Origin: Candidatus Latescibacterota bacterium
Lineage (GTDB): Bacteria; Latescibacterota; UBA2968; GCA-2709665
NCBI GenBank assembly: GCA_965203805.1
Contig: OZ241917.1
Coordinates: 3,072,001 to 3,136,000 of the forward strand
Length of the DNA: 64,000 nt
Direction of reading: 5' to 3'
The first letter of the stretch is position 1; every line of letters begins with the position of its first letter. The notes below the pieces were generated by a model. The model was given only the letters and a program-made list of their open reading frames with translations. It made no database searches and was not told the origin of the DNA. Positions 8,671-18,459 of this stretch are shown here, one piece after another. A program made the translations under genes and the position numbers.

Positions 8671-11592
8671 TTAATTCTCATCCTGTCTATCCATGTAAGT
8701 TCGGGTTTTGAATGAGCGAGTCTGGTTTTTCTCCAGGAGCGGTTTCAGGAACTGTCCCGTGTACGACTGCCCTGCCGCGGCCACCGTCTCGGGCGGGCCC
8801 GCGGCAATCAGATCCCCTCCGTTGTGTCCGCCCTCCGGGCCGAGGTCGATCACGTGGTCGGCGGTTTTGATCACGTCCAGATGGTGCTCGATGACCACAA
8901 CCGTGTGACCGGCGTCGACCAGACCGTTGAGCGCGTCGAGCAGCTTCTGGATGTCGGCCAGGTGCAATCCCGTGGTCGGCTCATCCAGGATGTAGAGATT
9001 GTGTCTGCCGCGTTTGATCTTGCCGAGTTCGCTGGCGAGTTTGACACGCTGCGCCTCCCCGCCGGAGAGGATGGTCGCCGGATGGCCGATCTTCAGGTAA
9101 CCCAGCCCGAGGTTTTCGAGCACGGAAAGCTTGTGAGAAATGAGTCTGTTCCCATCGAAAAACGCGACGCCTTCTTCAATGGACATGTCGAGGACGTCGG
9201 CAATGGTCCGGTCCCGGTAGGTAACCTCCAGCGTCTCGTCGTTGTATCGTGCGCCCTTGCACGTGGGACAGGGGACGGCAACATCGGGCATGAAGGCGAA
9301 GCTGGTCTTGATCTCGCCTTCGCCCGAACATTCCTCGCAGCGGCCGCCCTTGACATTGAAGCTGAACCGGGAGGCCGTGTAACCGCGTGCGACGGCTTCA
9401 CCGGTGGACGCGAAACACTTGCGGATATTGTCGTAGAAGCCAATGTACGTCGCGGGATTGGATCGGGGAGACCGGCCGATGGCGGACTGATCGATGTTGA
9501 CCACGTCCGCCACGTGTTCATGGCCCGAGAGGTCGTCATGATCGCCGGAGAAGACGCGGCTGTCGTGAAACAGGTTGTAGAGTTTCTTGTACAGGATTTC
9601 GTGAATGAGGGTACTCTTGCCCGAACCGGACGCGCCGGTGATGCAGGTAAAGATGCCCAGGGGAATCTCCACGTCGATGTTGTTGAGATTGTTCGCACGC
9701 GCACCTCTGATGCGGATCGCCCTGGCGTTTTTCTCGCGTCGCCGGGCGGGAACGGCGATCGCTCTGGCACCGTTCAGGTATTGCGCCGTGGGCGACTGCC
9801 TGCACTTGAGTACCTCGCCCACCGGGCCCGTTGCAACGACGTGCCCGCCATGCACACCGGGGCCGGGTCCCATTTCGATGATGTGATCGGCGGCGCGTAT
9901 GGTCTCCTCGTCGTGTTCGACGACGATGACCGTGTTGCCAATGTCGCGAAGACGCCGCATGGTGCTGATCATCTTCTCATTGTCTTTGGGGTGCAGACCG
10001 ATGCTGGGCTCATCCAGAACGTATAACATACCCATGAGGCCGGATCCGATCTGCGTTGAGAGGCGAATGCGCTGGGACTCGCCGCCGGAGAGCGTACCGG
10101 TCGGGCGATTGAGGTTGAGATAGTCGAGGCCGATGCCGATCAGGAGTTCGAGGCGGGCCGAGATTTCGTGGATGATCTGCGAGGCGACTTCCTTCCGTTT
10201 CGGCGGCAGGGTCAATTCCGTAAGAAAGGTCGACAGTTCCGGCAGATGCATTTCGCCCAGGCTGTGGATGTTGCGACCGTCGACGGTGACCCGGAGACGC
10301 TGCTTCTTCAACCGCTCGCCGCCGCAGTCCGGACACAGATTCTCAACCATGACCTTGCGCAGATAGTCTTCCATGCCGCCGTGGGCCGTACCCTTTTGCC
10401 TGTATCGGCGGTACTGGCGTTCGATCTGGTTGATCACACCGTCGTAACGGAACTCGCGCCCGATGTATTTGGCGCCGACCTTGGCGTCCGGAGGCTGCTC
10501 GATGACGACCCGTTCGCCCCGCGTGCCGTACAGCAGCAGGTCACGGACGTCGTCGGAAAGGTCCTTGTAGGGAGTATCCAGGTCGAAGTCGTACTTCCTG
10601 GAAAGGCTGTAGAGGATCCGGCCGCCCCAGGTGTTGACATCGTACTTGAGCGCTTCCTTGACAAATGCCCCTTCGCGCAGACTGCGGTCCTTGTCGGGGG
10701 CGACCAGGTCGGGGTGGGCCTTGAGATAGGTGCCCAGACCGGAACATGTGATGCAGGCCCCGGCGGGATCGTTGAACGTAAACATCCCATGATGCATGCG
10801 ACCGGCGACCACATGCGCGGACGAAGCCCCGAGTTTTCGGTGGAATGTCTCGGCCGCCGCCTCGCCGACGTCGGTGAGAACGCGAAAACTCAGAAACCCT
10901 TCCCCGATGACCTCGAGACCGTGCGTCAACGACGTCACAATCTGTTTGTCGAGGCCCTCGCGGACCACAAAGCGATCCACGATCACTTCGATCCGGTAGT
11001 CTTCGTCTTCATCGAGTTCGATTTCCTCGCCCAGGTCGTGGACCGTTTCGTCGATGCGCACCCGGCGGTACCCCTTGGTGCGAATGTCGTCGAACAGGTA
11101 GGCGTAATCTTCGCCATAGATCTTGAGCACCGGTGCGCGAACCTCGACTTCCGCGCCGCCGGGCAGGGCCAGAAGGTGTTCCATCATCTGATGAGGCGTC
11201 CAGACGCTGACTTCCTCCCCCGTGACGGGGCAGCGCGGCTGTCCGATACTTGCGAACAGCATTCGCAGATAGTCATTGAGGTCCGTCATCGTCCCAACAG
11301 TCGAGCGGGGATTCTTCATCACGGTCTTCTGTTCGATGGAGACGACCGGGGACAGGCCGTTCACGAAGTCCACATCGGGCTTCTTCAACTGAGAGACGAA
11401 CCGCCTGGCAAAGGTGGAAAGCGATTCCATGAATCGCCGCTGACCTTCGGCATATACCGTGTCGAACGCGAGGGAGGACTTTCCGGAACCGCTCACGCCG
11501 GTGACAACGACCAGCTTGTCGCGCGGGATTTCGAGGTGGATGTTCCGCAGGTTGTTCTCGCGGGCGCCTTTGACTTCAATCGTCGATCTCAT
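8671..11592 (-). CDS. uvrA: Excinuclease ABC subunit UvrA (divergent copy)
   Basis: [71 protein letters not shown]. Confidence 0.95.
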   Translation of the reverse strand: MRSTIEVKGARENNLRNIHLEIPRDKLVVVTGVSGSGKSSLAFDTVYAEGQRRFMESLSTFARRFVSQLKKPDVDFVNGLSPVVSIEQKTVMKNPRSTVGTMTDLNDYLRMLFASIGQPRCPVTGEEVSVWTPHQMMEHLLALPGGAEVEVRAPVLKIYGEDYAYLFDDIRTKGYRRVRIDETVHDLGEEIELDEDEDYRIEVIVDRFVVREGLDKQIVTSLTHGLEVIGEGFLSFRVLTDVGEAAAETFHRKLGASSAHVVAGRMHHGMFTFNDPAGACITCSGLGTYLKAHPDLVAPDKDRSLREGAFVKEALKYDVNTWGGRILYSLSRKYDFDLDTPYKDLSDDVRDLLLYGTRGERVVIEQPPDAKVGAKYIGREFRYDGVINQIERQYRRYRQKGTAHGGMEDYLRKVMVENLCPDCGGERLKKQRLRVTVDGRNIHSLGEMHLPELSTFLTELTLPPKRKEVASQIIHEISARLELLIGIGLDYLNLNRPTGTLSGGESQRIRLSTQIGSGLMGMLYVLDEPSIGLHPKDNEKMISTMRRLRDIGNTVIVVEHDEETIRAADHIIEMGPGPGVHGGHVVATGPVGEVLKCRQSPTAQYLNGARAIAVPARRREKNARAIRIRGARANNLNNIDVEIPLGIFTCITGASGSGKSTLIHEILYKKLYNLFHDSRVFSGDHDDLSGHEHVADVVNIDQSAIGRSPRSNPATYIGFYDNIRKCFASTGEAVARGYTASRFSFNVKGGRCEECSGEGEIKTSFAFMPDVAVPCPTCKGARYNDETLEVTYRDRTIADVLDMSIEEGVAFFDGNRLISHKLSVLENLGLGYLKIGHPATILSGGEAQRVKLASELGKIKRGRHNLYILDEPTTGLHLADIQKLLDALNGLVDAGHTVVVIEHHLDVIKTADHVIDLGPEGGHNGGDLIAAGPPETVAAAGQSYTGQFLKPLLEKNQTRSFKTRTYMDRQDEN

Positions 11593-11610
11593 CGACAATC
11601 CCATCGGGAA

Positions 11611-11682
11611 AACGGGGGAACGAAACTGCGAGGGAACGAGGGAACGAGAAAACGAGAGAACGAGGGAACGAGGGAACGAGAA
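11611..11682. repeat. Octamer tandem array (AACGAGRR)x~9
   Basis: aacggggg aacgaaac tgcgaggg aacgaggg aacgagaa aacgagag aacgaggg aacgaggg aacgagaa. Confidence 0.9.
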
Positions 11683-11703
11683 TACGCATCTTCGCCTTCG
11701 CGC

Positions 11704-12144
11704 CTATTTGTTCTTTTCGCTATCCTTCCTTGACCGAAGCTGTGTAAGAAGAAGAGCTATTATTTCATCCAAGATGGCACTTCTGTCTATCAGATGGTCG
11801 CAGGATAGTAGATGCCGACCGCGAATGTACCATCCTTTCGTTTCGCGCGCGGAACCTACAGCAAATCTCAGAAACTGGGATCTTTCCTTTCCGCGGAAGC
11901 CGCGGCCGTAGCCCTCCTCAATATTGGCGCTGATTGAGCCTGCGCTTCTGATCAACTGGCGAGCAACCGCTTTCCCGCGAAAATCCACTTGAAGTCGATC
12001 ACAATCGTTCCACGCCAAGTCGTAAAGGAAGAGTGCCTTTCGATAGCCGGCGAACGCCCATACCGGCTCTCGTTTTGTGGTACTTGGAATGCTTCGTTCC
12101 CATTCATCATATCCTTTTTTCTCCACTGGCCAGGCCCCCTGCAT
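11704..12144 (-). CDS. Four-helix-bundle protein (23S rRNA IVP / TIGR02436-like)
   Basis: [19 protein letters not shown]...[16 protein letters not shown] signature. Confidence 0.92.
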   Translation of the reverse strand: MQGAWPVEKKGYDEWERSIPSTTKREPVWAFAGYRKALFLYDLAWNDCDRLQVDFRGKAVARQLIRSAGSISANIEEGYGRGFRGKERSQFLRFAVGSARETKGWYIRGRHLLSCDHLIDRSAILDEIIALLLTQLRSRKDSEKNK

Positions 12145-12152
12145 GTCCGCCC

Positions 12153-12200
12153 TTCGTCTTCTCGTCTTCTCGTCTTCTCGTCTTCTCGTCTTCTCGTCCT
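12153..12200. repeat. Octamer tandem array (CTCGTCTT)x6
   Basis: ttcgtctt + 4x ctcgtctt + ctcgtcct, abutting the stop codon of the upstream gene. Confidence 0.95.
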
Positions 12201-13137
12201 ACAGAAGTTCGACGCTGTCTCCGTCGTAATAGTAAGCGGGCTCTTCGACTTCAATCCGGCTCTTCTCGGTCAGGTGGATGGGACTCGACAGTTTCTGAAT
12301 GATCTCCTGTGTGACGAGCCATTCACAGGCCGCTTCGAGGCCTCCGCCCTGGATTTTCTTTTCGAAATAATCGCTGATTTCCGAGAGTTTGCGCACCTCA
12401 GACGACTCCGAGAGATAGTCCAGAAGCGGGCGAAAGAGGTCCGGAGCCCATTGTTCGAGACTGCGGTTCACCAGATTGAGTACACGCTTGACGGTTTCCT
12501 GAGTCTTGGGCTGGTTCACGAAATCCGTGTAGATGGCGTTGAATAACCGGGGGTTGTATTTGAGCGCCTGATGGACAACTTCCCGCCCGGGCGCTTCGTT
12601 GTGCAGGAGAACCTGGATCGAGGCAAGTTCGCGTACGACCTGCATGAGCCACCAGAAGCTGTATTCGAAGTCCTTTTTAAGGTAGAAGTATTTTTCCGCC
12701 TTGTAGAGCGACGGTATCAGAAAGGCTGAGTATCTCAATAGCTGAAATGCCCGGTCCCGCGTTCCGATGCGATCGATGGTATCGTACCATTTCGCCACGG
12801 AATCGTCCTTCGTAAACACAAGGGTGCTCTTCGAAAACGTAAAGTCCAGCCAACCGCCGCCGAGACCGCCTTCGATCCGGCGTTTGAAGACGCTGCGGGG
12901 AATGCGCTGCGCCTGGATGTTGACGTCTTCTTCACAGAGCGTGACGTGACCTTCTTTCACCCCATCCTGCATGATGATCCACAGATCGATGTCCGAATTC
13001 ACCCAGACTTCATCGTAAGACAGACTGCCAAACAGAATGGCAGCGAGTACCGTCCGGTCGCTTTCGAGTTTTCCGACCAGAGATGACAGCGCATCCCGGT
13101 AGCGCCTCTGGATTTCATCCGCCGTGGCAGGAGACAT
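12199..13137 (-). CDS. Pol-beta-type nucleotidyltransferase domain protein (YgxA-like)
   Basis: ILFGSLSYDEVWVNSDIDLWII motif; GGAG RBS before ATG 13137. Confidence 0.75.
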   Translation of the reverse strand: MSPATADEIQRRYRDALSSLVGKLESDRTVLAAILFGSLSYDEVWVNSDIDLWIIMQDGVKEGHVTLCEEDVNIQAQRIPRSVFKRRIEGGLGGGWLDFTFSKSTLVFTKDDSVAKWYDTIDRIGTRDRAFQLLRYSAFLIPSLYKAEKYFYLKKDFEYSFWWLMQVVRELASIQVLLHNEAPGREVVHQALKYNPRLFNAIYTDFVNQPKTQETVKRVLNLVNRSLEQWAPDLFRPLLDYLSESSEVRKLSEISDYFEKKIQGGGLEAACEWLVTQEIIQKLSSPIHLTEKSRIEVEEPAYYYDGDSVELL

Positions 13138-13163
13138 TGATAACTCCATCATCGCTATGTTAA

Positions 13164-13353
13164 CCATAATTCGACAAAAACAGCAGCGCGGCGCCGCGAC
13201 AAAACCTTCCGAATCGGGCCGAACAGGTCGTCTGAAAGGACGAATTTTCCGTTCACGTCCAGTGCCTGAAGGTTCGTGGAAATCCGACGTTTAATCGCCT
13301 CTGTCAACTTGCGTATATTTGATTTAACGTCACCGAAAAAGAACGAATTATTG
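13164..13353 (-). mobile_element. MITE family A, copy 1 (190 bp, TTAA target duplication)
   Basis: Ends CCATAATTCG / CGAATTATTG, TTAA at 13160-63 and 13354-57; homologous to 27949, 33414, 40278 and 44104. Confidence 0.88.
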
Positions 13354-13642
13354 TTAATGAACGCGATGAAGCACATGATATAAACAGGTTCAAATCAGGT
13401 GTCAAGGTCAATTCAATGAAAACGCACGCATCCGTCCCGGGAAGGAAAAACCGCTTGAAGACAAGGTGGCGGACAATCAACCGGAATATCATATTTCTGT
13501 AACTCAGGGCTTACAGACCGGGGCATTCCGACACGCCGTTGTAACCTTAATGAGATATCTTATCCTCTAAGAAACGTGGTACGGTTTCCAGTGTTCTGCA
13601 AACGCACCAGGCCGCTTTCCACCATATCCGACGGAGGAACCA

Positions 13643-16600
13643 ATGGTCTATCAAACCCAGTCGTGGGGTCCGACTGTCGTCCTGTTGATCTGTCTGCTTA
13701 CGGCATCCGGCGCAGCATACGCCCGGAGCGACCTTCAGTTCAAGTTGCTGGGCGTCCATCATACGGGAGTCTACGATGAAGGCGCTGCGGAGATTTCCGC
13801 GTACGACCCGACGACCCATCGCCTGTTCGTTGTCAATGCCGACGCGGCGACAATCGACATCGTCGATATCAGTAAGCCGTCAGACCCGAGACTTTTCAAA
13901 TCAATCGGCGTCTCCGGTTACGGCGCCGGCGTGAACAGCGTCGCGGTCGGGAACGGAATCGTGGCGGTTGCGGTGGAAGCCGAACGCGTTCAGGACCCCG
14001 GCCGGGTCGTTTTCTTCGACGCCGACGGCACCGTTCTCAATAGTGTGCAGGTGGGTGTCCTGCCGGACATGCTCACCTTTTCTCCGGACGGTACGCGGGT
14101 TCTGGTGGCCAACGAAGGCCAGCCCGGGCCGGACTATGCGATCGATCCGGAAGGAAGCGTGAGTATCATTGATCTGTCCGGCGGACCGGGGGCCGCCTCG
14201 GTCACCCACGTTACATTTGCCTCCTTCAACGGACAGGAGTCCCGGCTTCGCAGTCAGGGTGTGCGTATTTTCGGCCCGGGCGCAAACGCCGCCCAGGACC
14301 TGGAACCGGAATACATCGCCGTCGCTCCCGACGGTTCCACCGCGTATGTTGCTTTGCAGGAGAACAACGCCCTGGCTGTCGTGGACGTCGCCGCGGCGTC
14401 CGTATCCGCGATCATACCGCTTGGCTTCAAGGACCACGGCACGCCCGACAACGCGCTCGATGCCAGCAATAGAGATGACGGCATCCGGATTCGAGAGTGG
14501 CCGGTTTTCGGCATGTACCAGCCGGACGCGATCGCCTCGTTTGAATCCGAAGGGCAGACATTTGTCATTTCGGCGAACGAGGGGGACTCGCGGGACTACA
14601 ACGGCTTCAGCGAGGAGGCCCGCGTTGCCGACCTCACGCTGGATGCCGCGGCGTTTCCCAACGCCGCAAGTTTGCAGGATGACGCGCACCTGGGCAGGCT
14701 GAAGACCACCACGAGCCTGGGTGACACCGACGGAGACGGCGACCACGATCGGCTGTACGCCTACGGCGGCCGTTCATTTTCCATCTGGGATCGCAGAGGA
14801 AATCTCGTATTCGACAGTGGAGACGACTTCGAACGCCGTCTGGCGGATCTGGTTCCCGAAGACTTCAACGCCGACAACGATGAGAACGGGTCGTTCGACA
14901 GCCGCAGCGACGACAAGGGCCCCGAACCTGAAGCCGTGGTAACGGGAACCATCGACAACCGCGTCTACGCCTTCATTGGCCTGGAGCGGGTCGGCGGCGT
15001 CATGGTATACGATATCTCCCTGCCTTCCGCGCCCTCGTTCGTCACTTACGTCAACAACAGGGATTTCTCGGTCCGTTTCGGCCCGGATGACGTCTCCCGC
15101 GGCGACCTTGTCCGCACCGGGGATCTGGGCCCCGAAGGTCTCATCTTCATACCCGCCGCGGACAGCCCGACAGGGGAGCACCTGCTGGTCGTCTCCAACG
15201 AGGTGAGCGGATCGGTATCCATCTTTCGAATTGTGACGCCCGCGACGCCGGCCGGCGAGTTTACACTCACCATCCTGCACAACAATGACGGCGAATCCCA
15301 ATTGATTAACGCCGGAGAAGGACTGGAGGACTTTGGCGGCGTGGACCGATTCAAGGCGCTGGTGGATCGGCTTAAGTCCGAGGCGCGGATGGACGGCGGC
15401 GTGATCATGGTCTCGTCGGGGGATAACTTTCTCGCCGGCCCGGAGTTCAACGTCAGCCTCCGGCGCCCCGAATCCGCTCCCTTCTACGACGCCCTGGCGA
15501 TGGATCTGATCGGGTACGATGCCGTATGCATCGGCAACCACGACTTCGACTTCGGACCGGACCTCCTGGCCAGATTCATTTCCGGTTACAGCCTCACCCG
15601 CCCGCCATATCTCAGCGCCAACCTCGACTTCGGTGACGAACCTAAACTGGCCGATCTCGTCGCTTCCGGCCGGATTTCCGGAAGCAGGATCGTCAGAGTC
15701 GACGGCGAACATATCGGCATCGTGGGCGCCACCACACCCGACCTGGCGTTCATCTCCAGTCCACGCAACGTGAGGGTGGACGGCCGGCTTCGGGAAGCCA
15801 TCCAGGCCGAAGTGAACGGGCTGGCGCTACGCGGCGTGAACACCGTCGTTCTGATCAGCCACCTCCAGTCCATCAACAACGATCTGGAACTCGCCCGGCA
15901 ATTGCGAGGCGTGGACGTGGTAATCGCGGGTGGCGGCGACGACATCCTGGCGAATCCCGGCACGCGCCTTATTCCCGGCGACGAAGGCGGGATTTCCGGA
16001 CCGTACCCGATTCTCGAAAAGGACGCTGATGGAAACGACGTCCGCGTTGTCACCACTGCGGGGAATTATCGTTACGTGGGACGGTTCGTTGCCCGATTCA
16101 ATGATGCCGGCGTGATTACGTCAGTCGACCGGAACGCCAGCGGCCCTGTGCGGGTGGCCGGCGGCGATCAGCCGGATGCAGTAGCGCCCGACGCGGAGGT
16201 CCGGTACCGGGTCGTCGCCCCGGTCATCGATGCCCTTGCTTCCCTCGTTTCCAATCCGGTGGGAACGTCGAGCGTCGTGCTCGACGGCGTGAAGCGTAGT
16301 ATTCGGACCCGGGAGACCAACGAAGGCAACCTGGTGGCCGACGCCCTCCGATGGCAAAGCGCACAGCTTGCCTCGTCTTTCGGCGTTCCCGTTCCACAGG
16401 TCGGCATCGTGAACGGAGGGGGAATACGCAACGCCGGCGAGATTCCCGCCGGTGTAATATCCGAACTCACGACCTTCGATATGCTGCCATTTCCCAACTT
16501 CGTCACCATTGTGCCCGCCGTTCCCGCGGCACAATTCAGGGAAATCATGGAGAACGCGGTCTCGAAGGTGGAAGACGCCTCCGGGCGATTCGCCCACATT

Positions 16601-17578
16601 TCGGGCTTCACGATGGTCTGGAATCCCGATGGCGTCGCCCAGGAACTGGATGAGAGCGGAAACGTCACGCGGCGCGGCGGCCGGATCGTGGACATTACCC
16701 TCGACACGGGCGCCGGCATCGTCGAAAACGGAAACGTCGTATCCGGAGCGCCCGACGTTCACGTGGCAACCGTCGACTTTCTCGCCAAGGGCGGCGACCA
16801 GTACCCCTTTCGGGGCGCCCGCTTCACGGGTCTGGGCGTGACCTACCAGCAGGCGCTTGTCAACTTCATCGGGGAAGCCCTCGACGGCCGCATCACGGCG
16901 GCGGCTTATCCGGCAGGGGGACAGGGCCGGATTACCACCGGGCAACCCGCGCCGGCGGACCGCCCGAACGTCCACAGTCGTTCTGTCGTACACGTCTTCC
17001 TTACGGGAGACGGCGGGCCGGTACCGGACGCCCGGGTCGAGTTTTCCCGTTCCATCTCCGGCCGCGCGAGGAACTACCGGTGGATGGGAACGACCGATGC
17101 CGAAGGCCGCACCACAATAGAAATCCAACCTGAAAGCCGTCGGAGTGTCTCGGGCTACTACGCGGTCCGGGCGGTGGATATCAAGGGCAGTACGTTCTCC
17201 AAATGGGAGAGCGTACCCATCAATAGCGGGCGGGAGATCACACTGCTCCTGCCGGTGGGTGGCGTCGCGCGCGTGGAGGAGGAACGACCGCTGGCCGCGA
17301 AGGCCCTGGCGCTTTACCCGAACGCCCCCAACCCATTCAACCCTTCCACCCGGATTGCTTACCGGATCCCGGAGCCCGGGCAGGTCGACCTTACGATTTA
17401 CAACCTGCTGGGCCAGCAGGTCCGGGTTCTGGTAAGGGATCACCGGAGCACGGGCCGGTACGAGGTCCCGTGGGACGGAAGGGACGGGTTCGGGCGTTAC
17501 GTTTCGAGCGGCGTCTATATCTATCGCCTGGCGCATCCGGGCGGCACACTCACCAATCGCATGCTCCTGATCAAGTAG
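13643..17578 (+). CDS. Secreted choice-of-anchor-I beta-propeller + 5'-nucleotidase (metallophosphoesterase/5'-NT_C) fusion with a FlgD-Ig/T9SS-like tail
   Basis: Signal peptide; GAAEISAYD, ANEG, RSDDKGPEPE; LHNNDGES, GDNF, GNHDFD, NGGGIR; PNPFNPSTRIAY...SGVYIYRL. Confidence 0.88.
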   Translation: MVYQTQSWGPTVVLLICLLTASGAAYARSDLQFKLLGVHHTGVYDEGAAEISAYDPTTHRLFVVNADAATIDIVDISKPSDPRLFKSIGVSGYGAGVNSVAVGNGIVAVAVEAERVQDPGRVVFFDADGTVLNSVQVGVLPDMLTFSPDGTRVLVANEGQPGPDYAIDPEGSVSIIDLSGGPGAASVTHVTFASFNGQESRLRSQGVRIFGPGANAAQDLEPEYIAVAPDGSTAYVALQENNALAVVDVAAASVSAIIPLGFKDHGTPDNALDASNRDDGIRIREWPVFGMYQPDAIASFESEGQTFVISANEGDSRDYNGFSEEARVADLTLDAAAFPNAASLQDDAHLGRLKTTTSLGDTDGDGDHDRLYAYGGRSFSIWDRRGNLVFDSGDDFERRLADLVPEDFNADNDENGSFDSRSDDKGPEPEAVVTGTIDNRVYAFIGLERVGGVMVYDISLPSAPSFVTYVNNRDFSVRFGPDDVSRGDLVRTGDLGPEGLIFIPAADSPTGEHLLVVSNEVSGSVSIFRIVTPATPAGEFTLTILHNNDGESQLINAGEGLEDFGGVDRFKALVDRLKSEARMDGGVIMVSSGDNFLAGPEFNVSLRRPESAPFYDALAMDLIGYDAVCIGNHDFDFGPDLLARFISGYSLTRPPYLSANLDFGDEPKLADLVASGRISGSRIVRVDGEHIGIVGATTPDLAFISSPRNVRVDGRLREAIQAEVNGLALRGVNTVVLISHLQSINNDLELARQLRGVDVVIAGGGDDILANPGTRLIPGDEGGISGPYPILEKDADGNDVRVVTTAGNYRYVGRFVARFNDAGVITSVDRNASGPVRVAGGDQPDAVAPDAEVRYRVVAPVIDALASLVSNPVGTSSVVLDGVKRSIRTRETNEGNLVADALRWQSAQLASSFGVPVPQVGIVNGGGIRNAGEIPAGVISELTTFDMLPFPNFVTIVPAVPAAQFREIMENAVSKVEDASGRFAHISGFTMVWNPDGVAQELDESGNVTRRGGRIVDITLDTGAGIVENGNVVSGAPDVHVATVDFLAKGGDQYPFRGARFTGLGVTYQQALVNFIGEALDGRITAAAYPAGGQGRITTGQPAPADRPNVHSRSVVHVFLTGDGGPVPDARVEFSRSISGRARNYRWMGTTDAEGRTTIEIQPESRRSVSGYYAVRAVDIKGSTFSKWESVPINSGREITLLLPVGGVARVEEERPLAAKALALYPNAPNPFNPSTRIAYRIPEPGQVDLTIYNLLGQQVRVLVRDHRSTGRYEVPWDGRDGFGRYVSSGVYIYRLAHPGGTLTNRMLLIK

Positions 17579-17605
17579 CGATCGGCACAGACCTGGCGCA
17601 CAGTC

Positions 17606-17641
17606 AAAAAACCGGGCGATCGACATACCGATCGCCCGGTT
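17606..17641. terminator. Hairpin after the phosphatase gene
   Basis: AACCGGGCGATCG-acatac-CGATCGCCCGGTT with an A-tract on the left. Confidence 0.7.
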
Positions 17642-17762
17642 CAATCTGCATAGACCACGCGGACCGGTTTGCCACGGGCATCTCCCGGGCTGGATGTGAA
17701 CGCCGGGCGGCCCTCATGCGCACCAGGTCGGCCCGTCGGCTTCTTTTCGGACTTCTGCCCAC

Positions 17763-17791
17763 TTGACGCCGCCAGCCATTTCCGGTATATT
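17763..17791 (+). promoter_or_regulatory. sigma70-type promoter for the uORF-lipoprotein-TBDT operon
   Basis: TTGACG-N17-TATATT. Confidence 0.65.
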
Positions 17792-17836
17792 TTCGTTCTA
17801 TCCAAGTTCGTTTTGCGCTCAACTGGAGACCGCAGG

Positions 17837-18130
17837 ATGTTTTTTTCCTCCGGACGGATTCATCCGGTTGTTCTTTTAGTGGTGGCGATATTCGCGGCCT
17901 ACCTCGCGGTATTCCTGCTTGCCGCCTTTCCCGAACACGATCACGATGAACAATGTCACGATCAACACCAGTGTACTGTCTGCGCATGGTTCAATAGCCT
18001 CACCGTCGTTTTGCCGGGAATACTGGCGGTGCAACTTTGCTTCCTTTATTTCCGCCAGTTGTTTCCCTCGTGTCGCGCACCGCGCATCTCCTTCCTTCTT
18101 CCCGTTGGACGCGCACCTCCAGCGTCCTGA
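17837..18130 (+). CDS. DUF2946/CruR/CutF-like small protein: TM, His-rich, CxxC, C-terminal RAPP
   Basis: GGAGA RBS; hydrophobic N-terminus, EHDHDEQCHDQHQCTVC, C-terminal LPVGRAPPAS. Confidence 0.8.
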   Translation: MFFSSGRIHPVVLLVVAIFAAYLAVFLLAAFPEHDHDEQCHDQHQCTVCAWFNSLTVVLPGILAVQLCFLYFRQLFPSCRAPRISFLLPVGRAPPAS

Positions 18131-18459
18131 TCCATCCTCACGTGTCGTAAGAGACACGTCCTTCGACGTTACAGGATACATTCCATACTGGTAACTCCGG
18201 CCTGGGACTTTGTGCGAATCCGTACGAGCAGGAAAGCGGGACTTTCCCGCGCCACGGCGGGCCTCAGTCTGCCGGGATCGGCATCGTGCCATCCCCCGCT
18301 CTCACCGCAGGGCGTCTGCTGCAGCAACGGCAGGGCTGCCGCCTGAGGCATCGGCATGGCAACAGTATGTCCTCAGATCGGGGTCAGGTCATGCACGCAG
18401 GCGGCTGCCCATGCGAGGTACGGGGTGCGATAAAACAGCTATTATACAGGAGAAAATCG

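Noticed and set aside
10168-11733. Long antisense ORFs (also 52401-54260 and 16121-17644)
   Set aside because: Shadows of high-GC genes (uvrA, secA, phosphatase) with no motifs of their own
11611-12200. CRISPR array or DGR
   Set aside because: The repeats are 8-mers without spacers; no cas gene, reverse transcriptase or TR/VR pair in the window
13155-13376. Short ORFs within MITE-A copies (also 33285-33506 and 44150-44428)
   Set aside because: Frames are not conserved between copies (stops and frameshifts); treated as by-products
13497-13560. Pho box upstream of the phosphatase
   Set aside because: Only weak TGTAAC half-sites with no convincing 11 bp periodic repeat
18131-18459. Cobalamin riboswitch upstream of the TonB operon
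   Set aside because: I could not find the B12-box or GGGAA...GCCACTG consensus
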